From Bacillales bacterium (lineage in GTDB: Bacteria; Bacillota_I; Bacilli_A; RFN20; CAG-826), in assembly GCA_022781015.1 (NCBI GenBank), contig JALEUF010000150.1:1-48983 (forward strand): a stretch of 48,983 nucleotides of DNA, given 5' to 3'. Below, one piece after another: positions 42,469 to 48,983 of the stretch. The notes under the pieces were generated by a model that worked only from the letters and a program-made list of their open reading frames with translations, searched no databases and was not told where the DNA came from. The position numbers and the translations under genes were made by a program. Within the stretch, counting starts at the first letter, position 1. Every line of letters starts with the position of its first letter.

Positions 42469-44975
42469 AAAAGACTACAAAGAAACTAAATGAATTGATT
42501 GCTTCCGCTGTTCCTTATGAAGTGGATCCTAGTGTTGGACTAAACAAAACCCAGGTTGATGAAAGAAAAAAATCAGGTTTAGTCAATAAAGTAAGCAAAC
42601 AAGTTACAAAGACTTATCCTCAGATTCTTTTTGATAATTTATTCAATTTTTTAAACATCATTTTGTTTGCTGTTTTTATTTTGATGTTGCTAGCTAGATT
42701 ATCCTTTTCCCATTATTTCTTCATCATAATATTGGGCGCGAATATATTTATCGGAATTGCCCAGGACATAAATGCTAGAAGGACGGTTGATAAGCTACGT
42801 ATTGTAACTGATCCTAAAGCCAAAATAATTAGGGGCGGTGTTGAAATTGAGACTTCCGCAAGTGAAGTTGTTCTTTCTGACATTATCAAACTTTCTAGCG
42901 GAGACAAAATATCTGCAGATAGCGTTGTTAGAGAAGGCGAGATTGCAGTCGATGAATCTTTGTTGACTGGGGAATCCATACCTGTAAAAAAGAAAAAGGG
43001 CGACCCCATATATGCAGGAACATTCCTTACAAAGGGTAGCTGCCTTGCTGAAGTTGTTAAAGTTGGCTCTGCTAATTATGATGAAACATTAAGGACAAAT
43101 GCTTCAAAATTCGACCGTCCAAATTCTGAAATAAAAAGATCAATCAATTCGATTGTCTTGACCTGCGGCATCTTATCAATTTGCTTTGGGGCAACGCAGT
43201 TTATTACTTTTACCATACAAAAGATTAGTGAGGGGTTCTCATTTAACCAAATATATGGAAGCATGAATCCTGATTTGTCTAGGTTTATAGCTTCAGTTTC
43301 AGGTTCAATTGTTGCAATGCTTCCGACCGGTATGTTCCTTCTTACTTCATTAACTTTGGCAGTTGGAGTTATTACTCTAGGAAAGAAAAGAGTTTTGGTG
43401 CAGCAACTCTATTGTATTGAAATGCTAGCTAGGGTCGATATGCTTTGCTTAGATAAAACAGGGACATTAACCGATGGAACGATGAAATTAATTGAAGTCA
43501 TTCCCGTTGGTAAAAACACGCAGACCAGCGAGATTGGGTATTTAGTTTCATCTATTCTTCATTTTACGCGTGATTCAAATCCAACCGCACAAGCCTTGAT
43601 TGAAGAATTCGGCTCTTCTTGCCATGAACAAATGCTTGAGTGCATTCCCTTTGATTCCGAGCTTAAATATTCGGCAGTTTCTTTAATAGATGAGGGTAGC
43701 TATGTATTCGGAGCATACGGGTTTGTTCCCGCGAAAGAAGATTCTGATATAAAATCCTTGATAGCTTCCAAGGCTAGCGAAGGTAATAGATGTCTAGTAG
43801 TTGCTAGAAATAAGAAAGCAATAAAAAATGGCAAGGTTCCTGATGGATGTGAAATCATTGGAGTCCTTGTTCTTTCTGACCACATAAAAGATGATGCCGA
43901 GGCGAATATAAAATGGTTTATCGATTCCGGCGTCGAGATTAGAGTTATTTCAGGAGATGATCCTGTTACGGTTTCTGAAATTGCTAAAAAGGTTGGAGTA
44001 CCAAATGCGAACAAATGCATTTCTTTGGAAGGAAAGTCATTAGATGAAACTGCTGCCCTCGCTCCGATTTATAATGTATTCGGCAGGGTGAGCCCGGAAC
44101 AAAAGGCTGTTTTAATAAATACCTATAAACAAATGGGTAACAAAGTTGCAATGACTGGCGATGGCGTTAATGATATCTTGGCTTTAAAGGTTGCAGACTG
44201 CTCTATTGCGATGGCAAGTGGCTCTGAAGCCGCGAGAAGCGTTTCCCATTTAGTCGCACTTGATTCAGATTTCTCTAAACTCCCGGATGTAGTATTCCAA
44301 GGGAGACGTGTAATCAATAACTTGCAAAGAACATGCTCTGTATTTGTTACAAAAACTATGTTTGCCATAGTTCTTTCCTTTATCTTTATAATATCCATGT
44401 TTGTTAATGGAATGGGTTATCCATTTAACACAGCAAATATGTTTATTTGGGAATTTATTACTATAGGTATCGCTTCCTTTTTCCTTGCTTTGCAACCTTC
44501 TAATGAAAAACTGCAAGGTTCATTTCTTAAAAACATATTAGTAAGAGCATTTCCTGCAGGATTAACAGAAATAATAGCTGCTACGATTCCTTTTGCTGTC
44601 TATTTGATTTGTCCAAATGCATTTACTAGTTCTACTAACCCTGATTTCTATTGGATGGCAACTTGCACGTGCGCAGTAGTTTCCTTTACCTTAATTTCTT
44701 TTGTATCCTTATTTATAATCTGCGTCCCGCTTAATAGATATAGGACTATTTTATTTGTTGCCCTTTCTATTTTGGGGATATTGATATTTGGCTGTGATAT
44801 AGGTCTATATTTTACAAGAGGGAAAACATTTAGCCCTATATTGGCCCTCTCTTGGGGAAATTTGTCTTGGGGTTTTTATCTAACAACAGCCTTAAATGTA
44901 ATTATTTTCGGCTCTCTATATTTCTTATTGGGTAAGAGGGTTGTAAAATGGATTGAAAGCATTGGAGAAGAATGA
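42465..44975 (+). CDS. P-type (E1-E2) cation-transporting ATPase of uncertain specificity
   Basis: TGES (LLTGESIPV), DKTGTLT, TGDGVNDILALK. About 10 TM segments. The TM4 motif reads PTGM rather than PEGL. ATGA overlaps at both ends. Confidence 0.9.
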   Translation: MKKTTKKLNELIASAVPYEVDPSVGLNKTQVDERKKSGLVNKVSKQVTKTYPQILFDNLFNFLNIILFAVFILMLLARLSFSHYFFIIILGANIFIGIAQDINARRTVDKLRIVTDPKAKIIRGGVEIETSASEVVLSDIIKLSSGDKISADSVVREGEIAVDESLLTGESIPVKKKKGDPIYAGTFLTKGSCLAEVVKVGSANYDETLRTNASKFDRPNSEIKRSINSIVLTCGILSICFGATQFITFTIQKISEGFSFNQIYGSMNPDLSRFIASVSGSIVAMLPTGMFLLTSLTLAVGVITLGKKRVLVQQLYCIEMLARVDMLCLDKTGTLTDGTMKLIEVIPVGKNTQTSEIGYLVSSILHFTRDSNPTAQALIEEFGSSCHEQMLECIPFDSELKYSAVSLIDEGSYVFGAYGFVPAKEDSDIKSLIASKASEGNRCLVVARNKKAIKNGKVPDGCEIIGVLVLSDHIKDDAEANIKWFIDSGVEIRVISGDDPVTVSEIAKKVGVPNANKCISLEGKSLDETAALAPIYNVFGRVSPEQKAVLINTYKQMGNKVAMTGDGVNDILALKVADCSIAMASGSEAARSVSHLVALDSDFSKLPDVVFQGRRVINNLQRTCSVFVTKTMFAIVLSFIFIISMFVNGMGYPFNTANMFIWEFITIGIASFFLALQPSNEKLQGSFLKNILVRAFPAGLTEIIAATIPFAVYLICPNAFTSSTNPDFYWMATCTCAVVSFTLISFVSLFIICVPLNRYRTILFVALSILGILIFGCDIGLYFTRGKTFSPILALSWGNLSWGFYLTTALNVIIFGSLYFLLGKRVVKWIESIGEE

Positions 44976-45880
44976 TGAAAATAAGTTTAAGAGTAGCAAA
45001 AGCACTTGCAAACAAAGAACCAGTAGTCGCACTTGAGTCTACGATTATATCGCATGGGATGCCTTATCCTAAAAATGTTGAGACAGCCTTGTTGGTAGAA
45101 AAAACAATAGAAGATAATGGGGCCATTCCTGCAACAATCGGAATTATCGATGGCGAGATTGTAGTCGGGATGAGTCATGATGAAATTGAGGAATTTGGCA
45201 AGAAAAAAGGAATTGCTAAAGTTTCAAAAAGAGACTTGCCAATTGTAGTAGCCAAAAAAATGTGGGGTGCCACTACTGTATCCGCTACTATGCTAATTGC
45301 ACATATGGCTGGTATTGAAATATTCGTTACTGGCGGTATCGGGGGTGTTCATCGCGGAGCTGAATCCACTTTTGATATTTCCCGCGACCTAAAAGAATTA
45401 GGGAAAGTCGATGTTGCTGTTATTTGCTCTGGGGCTAAAGCAATATTAGATATCCCAAAGACTTTAGAATATCTAGAAACCGAAGGAGTTACCATTCTTT
45501 CTAACAAGGAAAAGAGTTTTGCTAACTTTTACTCATCTTCTAGTTCTTATCCGGTTGATTATGCGTTTACCTCCGCTAAAGAAGCTGCCTCGATTATCAA
45601 GGCTAAACGTGACTTGGAATTAGAGGGTGGTATTTTGATTTCTAACCCAGTTCCAGAAGAATATTCGTTACCTCATGATTATATTGATTCGATTGTTGAT
45701 CAAGCTGTTAAGGAAAGCAAAGAGCAAGGAATCAAGGGTAAGGATGTCACTCCTTTCCTTTTGAAGCGTATTGTTGAATTAACTGGTGGCAAATCACTTG
45801 AATCCAACATAGCCCTTATATTAAATAATGCTAAATTGGGTGCAAATATAGCCAAGGAATATTCCTCTTTAATCAAATGA
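44972..45880 (+). CDS. psuG: Pseudouridine-5'-phosphate glycosidase
   Basis: PVVALESTIISHGMPYPKN and VTGGIGGVHRG are typical PsuG (IndA family) blocks. 302 aa. Confidence 0.9.
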   Translation: MMKISLRVAKALANKEPVVALESTIISHGMPYPKNVETALLVEKTIEDNGAIPATIGIIDGEIVVGMSHDEIEEFGKKKGIAKVSKRDLPIVVAKKMWGATTVSATMLIAHMAGIEIFVTGGIGGVHRGAESTFDISRDLKELGKVDVAVICSGAKAILDIPKTLEYLETEGVTILSNKEKSFANFYSSSSSYPVDYAFTSAKEAASIIKAKRDLELEGGILISNPVPEEYSLPHDYIDSIVDQAVKESKEQGIKGKDVTPFLLKRIVELTGGKSLESNIALILNNAKLGANIAKEYSSLIK

Positions 45881-46437
45881 TTACCGAATCAAAACTCAAA
45901 TATGCCTTGAAGCAGATGATGGAAGATATCCCTTTGGAGGATATCAATGTCACCGCACTTTGCCAAAAGTGTGGATGCCATAGACAGACTTTTTACTATC
46001 ATTATCAAGATATATATGATTTGATTGCAGCTATTTTCCTTAATGAAGATTTAGAAAAAGTAAATCAGTGTAAGGATGTTAAATCTACTCTTAAGGCATT
46101 CCTTCAATATGTAAAAGATAATTTTACTTTCTTACGTTCTACCTATAATTCAGCCGCTAGAGATTTAACCGATGATTTTATATTTGGGAAACTAAATGCC
46201 AAATTATTGTCTTTATGGACTAAAGAAAACGAAGGCAAGGAACTTAAGAAAGATGGATATAGAAACGCTGCTAGGCGCTTTGCACATATAGTTTCTGACG
46301 AATTTGGGTATTGTTTCAAAGATCCTAAACTTACCCCTGAAAAATTCTCCAAGAAGATGAATAAATTTATTGACAATTCGATGAGCATTATCCTTCCTGC
46401 GATTATGAATCTATCTAAAAAAGAAGAATCTAAATAA
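45877..46437 (+). CDS. TetR-family regulator, DhaS-like
   Basis: LKYALKQMMEDIPLEDINVTALCQKCGCHRQTFYYHYQDIYDL matches the DhaS-type TetR N-terminus. ATGA overlap with psuG. Confidence 0.75.
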   Translation: MITESKLKYALKQMMEDIPLEDINVTALCQKCGCHRQTFYYHYQDIYDLIAAIFLNEDLEKVNQCKDVKSTLKAFLQYVKDNFTFLRSTYNSAARDLTDDFIFGKLNAKLLSLWTKENEGKELKKDGYRNAARRFAHIVSDEFGYCFKDPKLTPEKFSKKMNKFIDNSMSIILPAIMNLSKKEESK

Positions 46438-46730
46438 CTTTTATAACTAAATCACCAACCTTGATACCCTTTTTTATTTTTATCGTCGCTTTTTAGCAAA
46501 AAATAGATACAGACTGCGAAGAAATGCTATTGCCTAGCCTGTATGCTATTTAGAAACCTAGCCAAGTGAAGAAGATTTAAAATCTCATAATTATTGGATT
46601 ATATTGATGAAGCTTTTTTCGTTTGGGAATTAACCACAAAGTAAACATTAAAAATAAAGATAAAAACCGCTACATAGATAATAACAATTGTATATAACAT
46701 AGTTAGTCGTCAAAATTCGGAGGTTGTTAT

Positions 46731-48002
46731 ATGGAGCAAAAAGAAAGAGTGTTGACTGTAGCGATTATTGGAGCGGGTTCCCGCGGGGCTGATTCTTATG
46801 GGAAAGTAATGAAAGAAGACCCTAGATATAAAATTGCTTCTGCTTGTGACAAAAGACAAGTAAAACTAGATGCGGTCAAAGAACGTTTTGGAGTAAGTGA
46901 TGATAATCTTTTCCTAGATGAAAAGGATTTCTTTGCTAAAAAAAGAGCGGATATCTGTATAGTTGCTACCCAAGATAAAGATCATGTCCGCCACTGCATC
47001 TCCGCTTTAAAGCTTGGCTATGATGTTCTTCTAGAAAAACCTATCACAGATTCAAAAGAAGAATGTCAAAAACTTCTTGCAGTCCAAAAGCAATATGGTG
47101 GCAAAGTTGTAGTTTGTCATGTTCTTAGATATGCACAGGCTTTCTTAGCTGCTTCAAAAATAATTGACGAAGGCAAAATAGGCAAATTAATGGACATCCA
47201 AGCGATTGAACAAGTTGCTTTCTGGCATCAAGCCCATAGCTATGTACGTGGAAATTGGAGAAGAAGCGAAGACACCTCTCCGATGATTATGGCCAAATGC
47301 TGTCATGACATGGATTTGCTTCAATTCTATGCAAAATCTAAATTCAAGACTGTTTCTTCTATAGGGAGCCTTAGCTTCTTTAAAAAGGAAAACCAACCAA
47401 AAGGCGCAGCTGACCATTGTAAAGATTGCCCTTATTTACATAGCTGCCCATATAGCGCTGAAAAGATTTATGTTGATTGGTGGGTCAGAGATGGACGTCC
47501 GAAGACTATGTGGCCAATGAATGTAGTTTGCACAGATGAAACTCTTACCGAAGAAGGAATAAGAAAAGCATATGAAAACGGGCCTTATGGACGTTGCGTA
47601 TTTGCTTGCGATAATGATGTAGTTGACCATCAAGAAACTAATATTCTTTTCGAAAACTGAGTTACTGCTAATTTATGCATGACTGCTTTTACTGGTGATG
47701 CAGGACGTATCTATAGATTCTATGGCAGTATGGGCGAATTAGATTTAAGCGAAGAGAAACAATGCTTGATTTTGAAAGTATACGATAAACCAACCGAAAC
47801 AATTCCATTTAATGCACTTCCTGATGTTTCTGGAGGGCATGGTGGAGGAGACACCGGGTTAGTTAACGCCTTATATGACGTCGTGACCGGCAAAAAGGAA
47901 GCAAGTACTGCATTAGAAAGCTCATTAGAATCTCACTTGATGGCTATTGCTGCTGAAGAAAGTAGACTTCAAGATGGAAAGGTGATTAAAAGAGGAGAAT
48001 AA
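46731..48002 (+). pseudogene. Gfo/Idh/MocA-family oxidoreductase interrupted by a single in-frame TGA (47658-47660)
   Basis: Rossmann N-terminus VAIIGAGSRGADSYG. ORFs 46731-47660 and 47679-48002 are in the same frame (...ILFEN*VTANLCMTAFTG...). SD ggagg lies before the ATG. Confidence 0.8.
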
Positions 48003-48010
48003 ACTAGAAA

Positions 48011-48040
48011 GAGCCGTGTCTAAAATGACTGGCTTTTTTT
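48011..48040 (+). terminator. Terminator after the oxidoreductase gene
   Basis: gagccgtgtc taaaat gactggct(t) is an imperfect stem, followed by ttttttt. Confidence 0.5.
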
Positions 48041-48132
48041 GTGTTTGAGCTTACACGTAGTGGTAAGGGGGCGAAAACTTCCAAACAGTTGGGCAGTTCG
48101 GTAGAACTTATAGTCTTGGACACTTCTTAAAA

Positions 48133-48421
48133 TGCCTCCTGCAATTGCCTTGCGGACCAACGCAAACAATTGAGTGGAGGCACATTGCCGAAAGATCTCG
48201 ACAACATTAGTTTAGCGCATGCTTGCTGGAACTGTAAGTACCACATAGTGTTGGCCCCAAGCGATAGAAGTAATCTATATTCGGCCAAAATAAGAAGATA
48301 TAACGTTAACCAAGTTGAGCAAACAACAAAAATTTTCATAGTCAATGATAAATTTAGTCCTTGGATACCATTTGTTGCAACGATTATGCCGAGTAACATA
48401 AATATAAGAAAGAACTATTGA
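48133..48421 (+). mobile_element. IS200/IS605-family remnant (5' leader hairpin plus truncated tnpA)
   Basis: A long hairpin at 48133-48182 encloses a GGAGG. The following reading frame begins like IS200 TnpA. The left boundary is uncertain. Confidence 0.5.
48185..48421 (+). pseudogene. Truncated, degenerate IS200-type Y1 transposase (tnpA) fragment
   Basis: LDNISLAHACWNCKYHIVLAPSDRS... resembles the TnpA N-terminus (..SLAHTKWNCKYHIVFAPKYRR.., from memory). The expected HUH position reads PWIPF. The ORF stops after about 78 codons, lacking the catalytic Tyr region. Confidence 0.55.
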
Positions 48422-48467
48422 AAACGCGGGAAACGGAGAAGTATATTAAATTGAAAGGACTTGATTA

Positions 48468-48738
48468 ATGCATTACATCGCCACCAAAGTAAAATTTTTA
48501 AAGGGGGGTTACTCTTGAGGTAACTTTTCAAGATGGGAAAGTTGTCAGGTATGATATGTCTTTAATGTTTCCTAAGTATCCTCAGTTAATAGAATTGCAG
48601 AAGAATCGCAAACTTTTTGAAAGTGGCCATCTTGACCCCGGCGGATATAGCGTTATTTGGAATGACGAATTGGATTTTGATGCCACAAGCATTTACGAAG
48701 ATGGTAAAGTCGCTAGAAAAGAAGAAACCAGCAAATAG
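48468..48738 (+). pseudogene. DUF2442-family gene disrupted by a frameshift in a G6 run
   Basis: The ATG at 48468 (SD aagga) gives MHYIATKVKFLKGG.. and stops at 48516-48518. The +1 frame continues (R)GVTLEVTFQDGKVVRYDMSLMFPKYPQL...GGYSVIWNDELDFDATSIYEDG. The G-run is at 48503-48508. Confidence 0.65.
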
Positions 48739-48983
48739 GCGTTTTGCTCGCAAAGGCAAGAACATTTCTTTGACGCTTTTATGGTTGAGTAAACTTCTTG
48801 CTTTGTGGGTGATGTTTTATATTTATTCAGTTTGAATAAAGAAACGTGAATTCTTAAACTAAATTCCGTTTTTTCTAATTTCATCCATTTTATCGGACTT
48901 AATTCCGTATTTCGCCATAAAAGCTGAATTTACCTTGAGAAAAGTAGTCGGTTTAGCCTATTTTTGGGCATGCTTAAAACAAG

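Noticed and set aside
46599-46700. 33-aa hydrophobic minus-strand ORF (MLYTIVIIYVAVFIFIFNVYFVVNSQTKKASSI) that resembles a type I toxin or small membrane peptide.
   Set aside because: There is no SD or recognisable promoter upstream, and it lies antisense to the SD region of the oxidoreductase gene. T-rich intergenic DNA readily yields Phe/Ile/Val-rich short ORFs by chance. It would need transcript and conservation evidence.
47658-47660. Hypothesis that the organism uses genetic code 4 (TGA = Trp), as many Mollicutes do.
   Set aside because: All large conserved genes (mfd, ppdK, gyrA, ftsH, the ABC transporters) are uninterrupted under the standard code and encode Trp with TGG. TGA ends several genes at sensible positions, mostly in ATGA overlaps. 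This is the only in-frame TGA seen in roughly 15,000 codons. From memory, the aligned residue in homologues is not Trp.
48011-48040. Resemblance of GAGCCGTGT...GGCT to the 5' arm of group II intron domain V.
   Set aside because: The stem is too short, the loop is a 6-nt taaaat rather than GNRA, there is no 2-nt bulge, and a T7 run follows. It is a plain terminator for the upstream gene.
48095-48108. agttcggtagaact resembles a tRNA D-arm (AGTTGGTAGAGC).
   Set aside because: It is only a 5-bp hairpin. No acceptor stem, anticodon arm or T-arm (GTTCGAATC-like) can be built around it.
48617-48884. Overlapping ORFs at the right edge (48617-48835 on the plus strand, 48693-48884 on the minus strand).
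   Set aside because: They overlap the DUF2442 frame or each other, lack SDs and have no recognisable motifs. The last roughly 245 nt of the window could not be assigned.
1-48983. Search for CRISPR arrays, rRNA or tRNA genes, retron/DGR-like repeats or long direct repeats.
   Set aside because: None were seen by eye. The only tandem repeats are the 18-nt units in gyrA and the 9-nt TGTGAATAA doublet in oriC. A computational repeat and tRNA scan is still advisable.

Overview
Low-GC, tightly packed Firmicutes/Mollicutes-type chromosome segment centred on the replication origin, using the standard code (TGA is a stop). Going left from oriC on the minus strand, co-oriented with replication: rpmH-rnpA-yidC-jag-mnmE-tatD-rnmV-rsmA-ispE and a C-terminally short glmU. 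Next comes a non-syntenic block (ppdK, FGGY kinase, TetR, DUF368), then flavodoxin-like-pth-mfd-S4-tilS-ftsH. At the far left are a ~1.1 kb accessory patch with an orphan AbiEi/DUF6088-like gene and a heterodimeric ABC exporter. Going right on the plus strand: dnaA-dnaN-yaaA-recF-gyrB-gyrA, a divergent GT-B-like gene, serS, a short SRP RNA, and tadA. These are followed by four overlapping genes (fused MacB-type ABC, P-type ATPase, psuG, DhaS-like TetR). The right edge is decaying: a Gfo/Idh/MocA gene with an in-frame TGA, an IS200-like remnant, and a frameshifted DUF2442 gene. rpmH (44 aa) and the SRP RNA are absent from the ORF track and were found by reading the sequence. Several ORF-track starts were trimmed to conserved N-termini. 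I found no CRISPR array, defence operon or other convincing novel multi-gene system; the window is mostly core. The observations most worth a second look are: the truncated GlmU with its own terminator; YidC with a ~275-aa lipoprotein ectodomain; the SRP RNA abutting tadA; the acidic repeat extension of GyrA; half-parS-like motifs in oriC; the in-frame TGA; and the small decayed accessory patches at both window ends.
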